Shown in pieces: positions 1-14,536 of a stretch of DNA of 64,000 bases (within the stretch, counting starts at the first letter, position 1; each line of letters opens with the position of its first letter). The position numbers were made by a program, and so were the translations under genes. The stretch comes from the human T2T-CHM13v2.0 reference genome, Homo sapiens, in NCBI RefSeq assembly GCF_009914755.1, contig NC_060935.1; one strand, written 5' to 3'. Below the pieces are notes generated by a model. That model saw nothing but the letters and a program-made list of their open reading frames with translations, ran no database searches and was not told the DNA's origin.

Positions 1-1409
1 AGTTAGCCATTCCTCTAATCTTTTTCCAAGGCTTTTTAGCTTCCTGGCATTGGGTGAGAACATGCTCCTTTAGCTCGGAGAAGTTTGTTATTACCCACCT
101 TCTGAAACCTACTTCTGTCAAGTCATCAAACTCATTCTCCATCCAGTTTTGTTCCCTTGCTGGCAAGAAGTTTTGATCCTCTGGAGGAGAAAAGGCATTG
201 TGATTTTTGGAATTTTCAACCTTTTTTCATTGGTTTCTCCCCGTCTTTGTGGATTTATCTACCTTGGTCTTTGATATTGGTGACTATGGATGGGGTTTTG
301 GTGTGGGTGTCCGTTTTGTTGATGTTGATGCTATTCCTCTCTGTTTCTTAGTTTTCCTTCTAACAGTCAGGCCCCTCAGCTGCAGGTGTATTGGAGTTTG
401 CTGAAGGTCCACTCCAGACCCTGTTTACCCGGGTATCACCAGCGGAGGCTGCAGAACAGCAAATATTGCTCCCTGATCGTTCCTCTGGAAGCTTTGTCCC
501 AGAGGGGCACCCATGAGATGCCAGCCAGAGCTCTCCTGTATGAGGTGTCTGTCAGCCCCTACTGGGAGATGTCTCCCAGTTAGGCTACATGGGGGTCATG
601 GACCCACTTGAGGAGACAGTCTGTCTGTTAACAGAGCTCGAATGTGGTGTTGGGAGAACCACTGCTGTCTTTAGAGCTGTCAGGCAGGGATGTTTAAGTC
701 TGCAGAAGCTTTGCCCACAGCTACCCCTTTCCCCAGGTGCTCTGTCCCAGGGAGATGAGGGTTTTATCTATAATTCCCTGACTGGACTGCTGCCTTTTGT
801 TCAGATATGCCCTGCCCACAGAGGTGGAATCTAGAGAGGCAGTCAGCCTTGCTGAGCTGCGGTGGGCTCCACCCAGTTCGAGCTTACTGGCAGCTTTGTT
901 TACACTGTGGGCATAATACCACCTACTCAAGCCTCAGCAGTGATGGACGCCCCTCCCCACACCAAGCTCCAGCATTCCAGGTTGATCACAGACTGCTGCA
1001 CTAGCAGTGAGAATTTCAAGTCCATGGATCTTAGCTTGCTGGGCTATGTGGGCGTGGGACCCACTGAGCCAGGCACCGGAGGGAATCTCCTGGTCTGCTG
1101 GTTGCGAACACAGTGGGAAAAGTGCAGTATTTGGGTAGGAGTGTATCATTCCTCCCAGTATAGACTCTCATGGCTTCCCTTGGCTAGGAAAGGGAAATCC
1201 CCCACCCCTTACACTTCACAGGTGAAGCAACGCCACACACTGCCCTGCTTCGGTTCGCCCTCCATAGGCTGCACCCACTGTCCAACCAGTCTCAATGAGA
1301 TGAACCAGGTACCTCAGTTGGAAATGCAGAAATCATCCATCTTCTGCATTGATCTCACTGGGAGCTGCAGACCACCACTGTTGCTATTCGGCCATCTTGA
1401 AAGCTCACC
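1..1409 (-). mobile_element. L1PA (about L1PA7/8-type) 5' UTR and start of ORF1; element continues beyond the window start
   Basis: Minus strand begins ...caagatggccgaatag...ctgcagctcccagtgagatcaatgcagaag (L1 5' end with YY1 core). The ORF1 start context near 242-244 appears mutated (ATG to ACG). Confidence 0.9.
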
Positions 1410-1809
1410 AGAATATAGGTTTCAACAACTAGCTTGAGAACACATTAAAGGTACTTACTGATTAGGATTTAGTTCTTATTTCCTAGGCAATGAAGAGTCA
1501 ACAGAGTGGCTTTCCATTATTTTTTGATCATAAACAAAGCAGCAGCATGTAGCATAGTTAGAGAGGGAAGCTTTCAAAGAAAATGACATTTTTGCATTAA
1601 TTACAGAGGAGGTTTTGTTGACACACTGGGGCCAGTCAAAGGGGAGAGATGAAAGGCAGAGAAGATATTTGAAGAAAGAATAGTGTTGGGGAGGGGTGTG
1701 GAAAGAATGTCAAATTTATTCATATTGATGTCTTCTAGCATTTCATTTAGTTAGGAAAGGAGGGGTCTGTTTGGAGTAAGAGTAGCAAAGTTAAAAGTCA
1801 AACAAATGT

Positions 1810-1946
1810 AGTGACTATGCTCACTACCTAGATGATGGGATCATTTGTATCCCAAACCTCAGCATCACACAACATACCCATGTAACAAACATGCACATGT
1901 ACCCCTTAATCTAAAATAAAAGTTGAAATTATTGAAAAAAAAAAAA
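1810..1946 (+). mobile_element. Short L1 (old L1PA/L1PB) 3' end with poly(A)
   Basis: gtaacaaacatgcacatgtacccc...aaaataaaagttgaaatt followed by an A tail. Confidence 0.8.
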
Positions 1947-2215
1947 GCAAGTATTTGCAACAGTCATAGCTAGGGGATGGTGAAACAAGATCCCTACAGA
2001 TTTAAGGCCCAGTTGAGTTCAAAACATATGCATTCTTAATGGGTATTTTATTACCATGATTATGTAATTTTCACCAGTAATGTCCATCAATTCCAGAGCA
2101 AGAATTTTCTACTTAGGTAGCTCTGTATGATGGAAGACAAGAATAAAATTAGAAGGGTGATAGGAGCCATGTTGAGATAGGAGATAATGGGATTCTTCTT
2201 TTCTAGATAAGAAGG

Positions 2216-2993
<778 letters not shown>

Positions 2994-5900
2994 CTCAAAA
3001 TAGACTGGAAACCTAAGAATGGATAAAGGCTTATACATCACAGTGATGAGTGAGAATGGTAGAATAGAAAGTGGCAGAAGAACAAGTAATGTGACTATGA
3101 AAAGACATTTGGAGTTGAGATTATGTAGTTGGAACAATTCTAAGCTATGATGAGTTTGGAGGCATGGCTATATGTGAATTTCTAAAGTGGGCCGAACTTC
3201 AAGGAATGATACATAAAACGATCGTTTATGTGAGCATATATTTTTTATAACAGTCATAGTTTTTCACTTTTTAATACATGAATAGTATTTACAACTTGAT
3301 ATTTGGACAAAGTAGGTAAAATAATTTTATTCTAATTTTTTGACATACTTGAGGATGGTAACAAATAGAAGAAATGATGAAAAAATAAATATTCCTGAAG
3401 ATGTACCACTATTTTTAAAGATCTGGTATTTTCAAAAAATTAATATGTTCTGAGAGATAATACAGAAGAGGTGTGGGGATATAAAGGTACACATTTATTG
3501 TTTTTTCCTCCTTTTACAAGCTAACAAATAACTGGCCCATCATTTCCATAGAAAATACTAAAGGTTAAAAGGAGAAAAAAATCCACGTCAACTTTGGCTA
3601 AATTCTATATGAATAATGAGAGGCTCTCACAGAAGGAAGACAGGAACTGAGGAAAGAATTAATAGTTTTAAAAGATTAAAAAGGAAACAGTAAAAATAGT
3701 AATACTCTGATAATAAAGAAATGACACTCAAGAGGTCAAGATAATTGGACCTTCTGCCACAGATTTGTGCAATTTTCCACCTCTTTCATATAATAACCTC
3801 AAAACACACTTTCCAAATTATACTTCTTCTATCATGATGAACAATTGCCAGAAAAAGAAAAACTACAATATTATTTCTCCTTCTTCTGGCCTTATCTTCT
3901 TCATTAGCTTCCCTGGTGAATTTCACATGTTCAGATCCTATTGCTAACTAGTTAGATAACTTAAGTATAATCAAATACTTTTTTGATATCTTTTTATCAT
4001 GTATGAAATGAGAGTTGATCTTCAAATTTCCAACTTTTAAAAGCTTACAAAATGTTAGTTATTCACAACCAAATTTCCTAAGCTACTATATAATTATCCT
4101 TTTGTAAATTATCTCTGGTGCATTTCTGGCTAAGCTAAACCACAAGAAAAGAAGGATGGGTGTCTTAGCCCCAGTTCAGTAAAGCAAAAAGGGTGAATTT
4201 ACAGTCATAGTTGCAACGTTTTTTCAGACACCAGCAGCAAGTCAGAAAACATCTGGAGACCTCAGGCAAATACATTTGGCTCTAGAATCTGGCATAAATT
4301 GGCCATCAAAACATTGCCATAGAGATGGATAGAAATATGTTTGCCTGAGATAATTTTTAAATCTAAATATCAATCTACTTGAACACACTAATAACTTTCC
4401 CAGTGTAAAACAGGAATTAGTAATTTTGGAGCAAATTTTTGAAGGCATAAACAACCCTTGAAGCACCAAGTTTAAAAGGGAAGCTTTGCCATGATTGTTT
4501 GTGGCTGATACATTATGCTTAGAGCTCTGATAAACTGTATATTTTTAAAATATGGTATGACTCTTGCTTCCCTGGACAGGCCTTCTTAACCACAAAGTAA
4601 GAGTTTTCACAAACTACAGTTAAAATGAAGAGAAAAATAACACAGAACAATGTTTGGATATAGTGTGCTACAGTAACACAACTAGTGAAGAGATTTTAAT
4701 ATAGCACAGGATGCTGCGCTGCATAGAGCACAGTGTGATCACTAATCATAACCTCATAATAGGTATTCTCACTGGTGTAATGAGGCAGGTCTACTTTACT
4801 TCATTATACTTTGGGTAGCAAAATTACTAATTTGTATTTTGAGTGCTGGGGTAAAATATGAGCATGGGATAAGTTTAGTATTTTTCAAAAGGACAAGATT
4901 ATGAATATGCAATTTAGAGTAAGAGAAAGATGAGAAAACACAATAAAAGAAATGGAGAATACTATAAGTTTATTAAAAACCTGGAAGTCAATGTATTTAC
5001 TTATTTATATGTGAGGTAAAAGACATGGCAAAAAGTTGCAAATATAAAAGAATACTTACTTGTGCAGCAAAGGATCAGAGAGATAAAAACTATAATCATC
5101 CAAAGATATAATAGCTATCACTGCCACAACTAAATAAAGTTCTCTACTTTCTCCTACCAGTTGGTAACATTTAATTCAGTTTATTGAGCATGAATGTCTA
5201 GAACCATGATACAGCTTCTGTTAATTCATCAAATAATTCCTTAGGCTAATAAAACAGTTATAGTTCAAGACATTTGCACCCCAACAAAGGAGTACAAAGA
5301 TTGAATGAAATATAATAATACTGAAGAATTATTATGAAGAAAATTATTTTCTGGACTAAATGCTATTAAGTCAATTTAATTCCTTGATCTATTTTCTGTA
5401 TACTACATATAAATTGATTCTAATATTTTACATTTATTCTAATATTTTACATTTCCAGTTGTGTCCCTCTGAAAATATTTTAATTGGCATGAATTCTTTC
5501 CCATTGAAACTTTACAGTGATGATTTGGGACTCATTAAGCAGTAGTTTGCTCATATTAATTTCTGCCAGTATAGTTTTCTTTTATGGTCATTATTTCTAT
5601 AAACCCTCATTAGGCTGGCCAAATGTTTCACAGTGTAATTTTGTCAAAGACATTTGATGCTCCCACTAATTTTTAGCCAATAAAAATTTTTATTCTGTGC
5701 AGTTGTAGGCATTGCCTGCTGATTATTCCTGTGAACCAAATATATAAGTGAGAATTTGTGCTTACTTTAGAAATTATATTTATGAGTTATTTTAAGTATA
5801 GGAAACTTTAAAGAAGGAAAGAAAAATGGTCCGTGATGGCAACTCCCATATAATTTCTATGGATACTAAAAGGCAATACATAAATAATTCATACGTATAT

Positions 5901-7119
5901 TTGGAAAATGTGAACAGATATAAAACTGTAAGATTAAAAATGGAAAAAGCTCTTTCCCCTAAGTTAGCCAGTATCAACAGTTTTGCGTACATTATTCATA
6001 ACAATGTAATTTTTGTTGGTAAGTCGTTCTTAGGTAATTCATGGAAAATTGATGTCACTTTTAGGAAATTGAGAGAGAAATGGAGACTGAGGGGTCCCGA
6101 GAGTGGGGGGCAGTGAGAGATGGGTGAGACCAATTCAAAAAGGAAGGCAAACAGTATAGAAGGCAGAAAACAACATTAAATCTGTTAAAAGCTTGATGGA
6201 GGTGGGAGGAACAGAACCTGTGTTTTCTTCCCTCCATAACTGTACCTTTTCATATGTAAGATGCCAAGTACTATTGAAATAACTAAATATATGCTATTAC
6301 CTATTTGACATAGCTTTCAGATAAACTAACTAATTAAGGCAAACAAGTTGAATGGAATCCTAGAATCAGAAAATCTGGGCGGTCAATTGAATTTTTGACT
6401 GAATGGATTTAAGTGACCAGATGTTTGGGTATTGTGTATACAGAATTTTGACTTGAGAGCCAAGAAAAAAAGCAGATTAGTATTTGGCACTCATGCAGTT
6501 CAGTCTGCAACTCAATTATGTGGTTTTGCACATGAGAGAAATTCAGTAAAGGCTTGCAGGCTGACTGATCAAACTATTTGACTACATTTTTCTTTTTCAA
6601 TCAATCAGTGCTTTTCGTTACGTAAATAAAAAATAATCTTAGATAACAATATCCAAAAGGATCAACTGATACCATCTGGAAGATAATATGTCCAAAAAAG
6701 CAAATATGCCTTTTGGATTCTCTGATACGGTTTTAAATTTCTGCTTTCCTAGTTTTTGGATTATTATGTTTCTACAAAAAGTTCATTTCTTCTATTTTTT
6801 ATAAAAAGCTAATATTACAGAAGTGTATATTTCAATATTATTCCCAACTTAATTTTTTCTTCAGATATTTTGAAATTCTATAGAACTATCAATTTTCAAC
6901 TCATTCTGTTAAATGTCGACATAATTGTCCTCATTATTTCAACATCTCGATGTGAGTTTGCCTTGAGTTAGAATGCCTTCAAGACATTGCACTGCTATTA
7001 CGTCTTCACACTTCTTTCTTAAGGAACAGGGAATAGCAATAATTTTTTAAGGAAAATTAAAGTTATTAGCTTAGTCATAAGATTAGAAATCATATTAATA
7101 CATTCCAGTTGTATTGTGA

Positions 7120-7310
7120 GTGGCAGTATAGGGTAATGGTTAAGAGCATGGACTTTGAAGTCAAACAGATTTGAATTCCAATTCCGAATCAATTCTTACT
7201 TAGTAATATTATTTACTCTTGACAAAAAGTCCCTTAACCTTTCAGTCTTGGTTTTCCCATTTATAAATAGAGATAACATCTAATCCATGGTCCATGATTG
7301 TTGTAATAAT
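7120..7310 (+). mobile_element. MIR
   Basis: ggcagtata..taatggttaagagcatggactttgaagtca...cttaacctttcagtcttggttttcccatttataaa MIR core. Confidence 0.7.
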
Positions 7311-8189
7311 TATGTATATACAGTACAGGCATATTTCACAAATATGAAAATATGCCTAAAATATACACATACATGTAAATAATTATACAGGTGTATGTGT
7401 ATATGCATATATATTAGGAAGGGAGAGGACATGTAAGAGAGAGAGTGCTCACGCACTCTAGCTTGGCATAATGCTGAGCACGTAGTAAGCACTAGGTGAG
7501 AAGTAACTCTTGTTATTAAGTACTCAGGTAATAAAATTCTACTCTGGGCATTCTCCAGTTTCCTATAATGAAAAAAAGCAAAGCTTTTTTCTTTTTTCCA
7601 AACAGATATATCTGGATTCAAATTTAGTTCTGCAATTGGCTAGCTACATAACCTTGATCAAATTATATAAACTTTCTAAATCTCAAATTCTTTAAATGTA
7701 AAATAAGATTAACGAAACTTACTTTGCAGATTTTTTTGGGGGGGGGGGTTGGGGGGCAGGAATAAAAAGTGCATAAAGACATGGCACAAGTCTGACATCT
7801 GGAAAGTGTCCAGTATGCATTTTTTCCTCTATAATCTTGTACATATTTTTAACCCCAATGTCTTTTTTTATCTTTTAAGTATATAAAAATTGCATATATG
7901 CCCTTCTTAGTTGTTGTGTAGATTAAGTGAGATAATATGTAAACTGTCAAGCTAACCCCTACCACATAGTTGGTTTTTAATGCCTTTCAACCTCACTTCC
8001 CTAAGAACATATGAAATCTACAAAAACACCAAAATAATGTAGGTCTGAATGTAAATGACATCCTGAATATTTGCTCTACAAAGAATTATATTCCTAAAAG
8101 CCTAACCCAAACCTCTCGATGTTAAGGTGGAAAGAGTATTGAGAGAAAACTGAGTCTATTTCTCCTTCCTCACCAAGTTAGTAATTTCT

Positions 8190-8325
8190 AGTTGTTGGTT
8201 CCATAGGCTGTAATTCGTGGGAGGATCAGGGATGTACCTGGTTTGCTTACCCTCACATTTCTAATACCTAACCAATTGTTTAGAAAATCATAAGCATTCA
8301 AAAAACATTTGTTGAATAAATGAGT
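8190..8325 (+). mobile_element. L2 3' end remnant
   Basis: Ends in cattcaaaaaacatttgttgaataaatga, typical of an L2 tail. Confidence 0.55.
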
Positions 8326-10486
8326 AAAAGTCGCTGCCAGCAAGGCTCCAACCAGATTCATGTAGAATCAGGCTTCATGTGAGTTGAAACAGCAAGCCTC
8401 CAAAGTAAGCCTTTTCTCCCCTGGGACACCCCATGCATACTCCGGACCTGTGTTTCTAACAACCTCCTGATTACATGGTCATTTGACCATCAAAATTACT
8501 CTGTTTCTTCAACTTCAGGAGGTTCCCCACTAAGAACTATTTGCATATATTTTGGAATTTGTCAAAATTACCATATTTCCCTAAAGAGTCTGAATTAATG
8601 AGGTTTTCTAAATTCATTTTTTATGATTGATTGGTTTAACCTCTGAACAAACACATTAAAGGCAAGTGATAAAGCAAAATAATTTCTTAAAATGGAATCT
8701 ACATGTAAATTTGGTCTTGTAACATTTACACACAAGGTGACAATTTCTGATGCAGTAGGAAGCATTACAAATGTCCAGAAATCAATTCAGCCATTAGGAA
8801 AAAGCAAGAGTTGCTAGGAAACCACATTCCAAATAAGGAATATTATAGTGGTGACCCAGACAATTACCATATGCCTGACATGACATCAACAAAAAGCTTA
8901 ACATACTTTGAAAAGCACTTGTGACACTGAATTGTTAGTACCACATTTGCAACTCAGGTGATTAAAGAGTTACCTTCCAGTGTCTCAAAAATTCAATTGT
9001 AGGAACAGAAAAATACAAAACCAAAGTGAGTTAATAATAATGAAAGATTCTTCCTAGGGCTAACCAAGTTTTTTCTGCATATTTCTCTGCATCTTTGGTA
9101 CACTGTGTGTCATGATATTACCAAGTTGAATGAAGCTTATTCAGTTTTTAAAATAATCTACTTTTTAAGTCCATACCTTCTATTTCTATGTGTTTGTATT
9201 GAATGTTTGCATATAAAAAGACTTTAAAGATACATAAAAATGTAAAATATGTCTATAATTGGTTGGTAAATTATAGGTGATTTTAACTATCTTCTGTAAT
9301 ACTAGTTTTCAGAGATCTTTTTTTTTGTAATTTTAGAAAACAAAGAGATTAAATAATTTTTAAACTTTTATTTGAAACGAGATATGAGATCTCAAAACAA
9401 CAGGTCAAAAACGTAAAAGCTAACTAACTAACTAAATCAATAGTGTGATTAGCATGCAGATAGCACATTACTGTCTTATGTGTTGTATCTTGCTATTTTC
9501 ATATCATTTTTCATATTGTAAGAGTTAGGCTACTCATGTTGGCCTATATGCATATAGCCTTAAAAGAGACTGAAGTGTCAGTAAAAGATTAAAAACCCAT
9601 TCAAAAACACCTAAGAAAAGGACCATATGCTAAAGATAATGGGCTAACCTACTAAATGGGTTGATGAAATCACATTTACTGTCTCTACCAGGGAAAAAAT
9701 ATTGGCAGATGGAGATTCCTATTCTTTACATAAACGTCAGATAAATAAAAACACGAGCTTCCTAACTGCTTGGAAGTCTCACACTTCTAAAGCACACCAC
9801 ACAAAAATCAAATAAAAATGAGTGACTTTGCTAATATAACTTTTAGCCTCTTCTATGGACATTGTATCAGTAGTCTTAGTGGGACACTGGAGACAAGAGG
9901 CAGGAATAAAATACATGAAATAGATTATAACTTATTTAAAGGTAGTTATCCTCATAGTGATGATAATATTTAACTAACAAAATACTCAAACCATGTCTCC
10001 ACTAAAGAATGTATTTTTCTTCCAAAAATGTGAAAGTCAAGACTGTTGCACAAAATCAAACTAAGCAATTTTGTGCTTTGCATGCACAGTTTCATGTGAA
10101 TCAGTTTAGCTTTTTTTCCCATCACTTGGTTTTGTTTTTTCTTTCACTAACTTATTAACTATTCTTTCTTGTAGCATAAATATGCAAATATCTTCACAAA
10201 AGGACTGCTTGGGAAATCTGTTTGACAAATATCATAATAAAACTTTTCAGTAAGACTAGCATTTTTAGAAATGTATGCCTGATAGACTATTTTATAGTCT
10301 GAAAATATGATTAAAATTCTGTGATTATATAAAATTGGAATCTTTCATGATTACAGATAAAAGCTAAAATAAACTAGCAGTGGAATTCTGTCTCATTGAC
10401 ATACACATCACAGACACAATATTGTGTTTTAAATCATTATGCTGATATCTTACAGAGGAATTGTAAGGTATTAAGGATGCTCTGTC

Positions 10487-10659
10487 TATTGAAGTTCAGC
10501 ACTATAGCATCATGTCAGAAGAGTAATTCTATAATTAAAACAAATAATGTGCTCAGTAAGTAGATCTGTCTATAAATAAATTTGTGTATTAAAGTTCAGC
10601 ACTATAGCATCATGCCAGAAGAGTAATTCTATGCTTAAAACAAATGTGCTCAATAAATA
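10487..10659. repeat. Diverged local duplication, period 100 bp
   Basis: aagttcagcactatagcatcatg(t/c)cagaagagtaattctat occurs at about 10492 and 10592. Confidence 0.9.
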
Positions 10660-10929
10660 AAAATAATTAAATAGAATATGACCTAATCTTTAAATTCAAT
10701 GACTACCCTATGAAATAATGTAAATATAAAACGTTTAAATATGTAGCTTCTGCATTACAATCCACAACAAACAATAAACAAGGGGAAAATATAGAAAAAA
10801 AGCAGAGCATCATGACTAATACATCCCCCACCCAATCTGGCCAGTGATTGCAGTTTACAAAATGATTGATAGAATAACACTCATTTTTTTCACATAACTG
10901 AATTTAATCAATGTCAATCTCTCTCTCTC

Positions 10930-11062
10930 TTTCTAGATAAGGTATTGTTATGCTGTCCAGCACAGGCTGGTGTCTAACTCCTGGATTAAAGCCATCCTCC
11001 CTCCTCAGCTTCTCGAGTATCTGGGACTACAGGTATGCCCCCCTACCACCACATGCAGCTAG
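10930..11062 (-). mobile_element. Old Alu monomer fragment (FLAM/FRAM/AluJ)
   Basis: caggctggtgtctaactcctgg...cctcagcttctcgagtatctgggactacagg. Confidence 0.75.
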
Positions 11063-12724
11063 AATGTCTCTTACTTTCTAATTTAAAAACAAATTATTTT
11101 ATTTTTGGATGGAATCCTTTAAAATAGAGAACTTACTTCTACTTTTTCAAAGAGGACATCTAACATACATTTAAATTTCTTGAAGACTAAAGCCATGAAA
11201 AGTCTAACTTTAATGGAATATTCAAGGCAATAGGAAGATTTGACAATATAAATGTTATTTAACATGCTTTTATTTAATGTATACACAGTATATATATTAG
11301 AAGCTCTGGTTAACTATTTTTTATGCTTATTTTCTTCATTTACAAACTGGAAATAATAGCAATAATTCCTTCACAGAATTATTGTGAAACTTAGCATATA
11401 TACATATAAAATAGCAGGTTATATCATTTGAATTACCCTATGCTGGTCAGCTAACAAAGTAACGAAAAATTATTGTACCAAGATATGGCAGAAGATAAAC
11501 CTGAGAAGTGAAAAGTAAACTTGGTGGTGCTTTTATCCTGTGGGCATCTTCTGGCTCCAGAAAAGGTAATGGAAAGGTTGAGAAGCTGAGCAGCATTTTT
11601 GACAGCCAGGGCCAAGAGAACATAAACTGGAGCCTAAGAATTCCTAGGGCAAAGACCTTAGAAAGCCCTCCCCACTTTGAGATGGGAACATGACCACAGG
11701 TCTAAGGGTAATACCAAAACATAGAGGTGAACCAGAAGTAGACAGGTCCTCACAGAGACCAAAACCCAGCTTTAAATCCCCTGATCGCTAACTGCTAGAG
11801 CCCCTAGTCTCTTTCAAGAAGCACACTAAAATTTCCCTGCAAAATCATCCTAAGTCTTAAATTATTTCTATAATATTTTATATACAATCTCCAGCATTCA
11901 AACAAAAAAAAGTGTAATTAGTCACACAGGAAACAAGTAACATGACTGAAAATTAAGTGAAAGAACAAATGATGTAATAGACTGCAGGAGTTCTGGAGAC
12001 TGACTTACCAGGAGAAGCATTTACAATCATTACAGATGATTTATTCAAGAAAATAAATAAAAACGGTATGAAAAATTTTGTCAGACAAATGGAACTGCAA
12101 AACACTATAAACTGGTATAATCAGCATTTAAGCATCAAGTGGATGAGTTTAATCAATAATTTTTACAACCAACTGAGGGAAGTATTGGCAAGTTGGAAAA
12201 TAGATCTAAGGAGAGTATGTAGAATGAGGCATTGATTATTAAAAGGAAGCAAACTACAGAAGAGACTCATAACTTTGCTGGTACACTCACAAATATTAAT
12301 ACTTTAAATAAATACTTTTTAAAAACAAACACATTTATAGTTACAAATAAATTTACTATTCAAAATGATAAATCTATCGGAAAATATATCTATCTAGTCC
12401 TAAGTTTCACCAGTAACATTATACGGTATTTTTCCATATTACTGTTACAATAGAACACTGACTTATGAAAACTGCCACTATATGCATTATCTAGGAGATT
12501 AAAAGCAAATTTAAATACTCCTAATTGATAAACGTGAGAAATGAGGATAACTGGGATCAGTATCTTAACAGTAATTTTATATAATGCCTATGTAGTTTTT
12601 TCTGACCCCTTAGGTTTTTCTCCTTATATGTTTTCAATCTCAATGTGATTAAAAAGTACTAACTTGAGTTTTATAAATAAATAATTATCAAAGAATCTTA
12701 GAAAATTAATTAGGTTACCAAATA

Positions 12725-13205
12725 CAGTCGACCCTGTGTATCCACAGGTTTCACATCTGCATGTTCAACCAACCGTGGATTGAAAATATGGCATTAAAAA
12801 ATAAAAAAAATATAACAAACAAAAATAACAATTCAACAATTAAAAACTACAAACAAAATGATATAGTATTACAATGATTTATATAGCATTTACTTTTTGT
12901 TAGGTATTATAAGTAATATAAGAGACTTGCAGCCCTTATATTAAGTAGTGTTGTACATGCATACAACCTATGGACATCCTACCACATTCTTTAAATCTTT
13001 AAATCCCCTGTAGATTACTTATAATATGTAACGTGTTGTAAATAATGAGTAAATAGTTGTTAGGCTGTATTATTTAGAGAATGACAAGAAAAAAATGTCT
13101 ATACATGTTCAATACTGAAGCAACTATCATTGGCCTACCTACATTTTTGACCCACAGTTGGCTGAATCGGAGGATGCAGAACTCATGGATATGGAGTGCC
13201 AACTG
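12725..13205. mobile_element. Two MER2-family (TcMar-Tigger) 3' halves in inverted arrangement
   Basis: TA-cagtcgaccctgtgtatcc at the left end and ggatatggagtgccaactg-TA at the right. The internal MER2 motif tagattacttataata is present on both strands. Confidence 0.75.
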
Positions 13206-13350
13206 TAATTAGTTTTTCTTTTTTCTAAATACAGTCTCAGGCTGAAATCTGATAGGGTTAATTAAATATTGCAATATTTCCAAAACCCAAATCCCTCCAA
13301 ATATTAAAATAACAACATCAGGTTTCCTCTGGAAATAGCAAAAACTATTT

Positions 13351-13501
13351 AAAAATTAAAAATTATTAGAGAATAATTATTGCATAATCTCAAAAAATCC
13401 TGTAAGCTCATTAAAAGTTGAAGCTAAAAATTAAAAATTAATTAGAGAACAATTATTGCATAATCTCAAAAAATCCTGTAAGCTCATTAAAAGTTGAAGC
13501 T
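13351..13501. repeat. Tandem duplication, 75 and 76 bp units
   Basis: 13351-13425 and 13426-13501 differ by one substitution and one inserted A. Confidence 0.97.
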
Positions 13502-13573
13502 TAAGGAGCTGTAATTTAATGTGTTACAATACATGTAAATTGCACATTAATATTCCTGCTTTTGCACCAGGCA

Positions 13574-13686
13574 GTAATACTAATGTGTTTAGCAATCTCA
13601 ATTGCAAATCAGGGAAATGCTGTGAGTCTTTTTCTCATAGCATTTCCCTGATTTGCAATTGAGATTGCTAAACACATTAGTATTAC
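13574..13686. repeat. Near-perfect inverted repeat: 53-bp stem, 7-nt loop
   Basis: 13574-13621 is the exact reverse complement of 13639-13686. After one mismatch (13622/13638) there are 4 more pairs, then loop tcttttt at 13627-13633. Confidence 0.99.
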
Positions 13687-14210
13687 AACATGATTACACA
13701 TTGTTTAACTCTAGTTCACAATGTTTCCTGCATACTTGCCTCATTATATAAAATGCACTGTCTTTGAACTAATGAAGAAAATTTGAATTTGTATGCCTAT
13801 GAGATAAAATTTAATGAAAATAGTTTTTAAACTAAGTACAGAATTAAAAGACATTTGGACATACTCAATATTCTTCAAAAGCCTTAAATCGTGAAAATGC
13901 TATTTGTCTTTCTCATATACCCTAGGTACATTCTCTAGTTAATCCTTGACCCAACTTCCCTTTCCCTATCAACAGTGTTTTTTAAAGAAAGAATAAGTCA
14001 TAGGCAGTAATAAATATTTGGTTATTTTAATCAAAGTGTGGTTAAACTATTAGTGTAAGTTAGCCAGTCAGCACTAAAAACTATTCAAAATACCTTTGGG
14101 TTCACAAGATTAGAGAACTAAAGTAATACATTTCTCTGGTGAATTCACAATATAGCTAGTGCAAACAAGGAAGAGAGAATACAAATATAATTTTACTTTT
14201 CAATTGTCTA

Positions 14211-14536
<326 letters not shown>

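Noticed and set aside
157-1437. Cluster of 60-191 aa ORFs at the window start
   Set aside because: All lie within the L1 5' UTR/ORF1 region, mostly antisense; not host genes.
7738-7756. G11-TT-G6 run
   Set aside because: Short homopolymer in a MIR-like context with no further evidence of function.
10487-13686. Direct and inverted repeats as a CRISPR-like array or bacterial terminator
   Set aside because: Only two copies each, no repeat-spacer periodicity, and the context is a primate intron.
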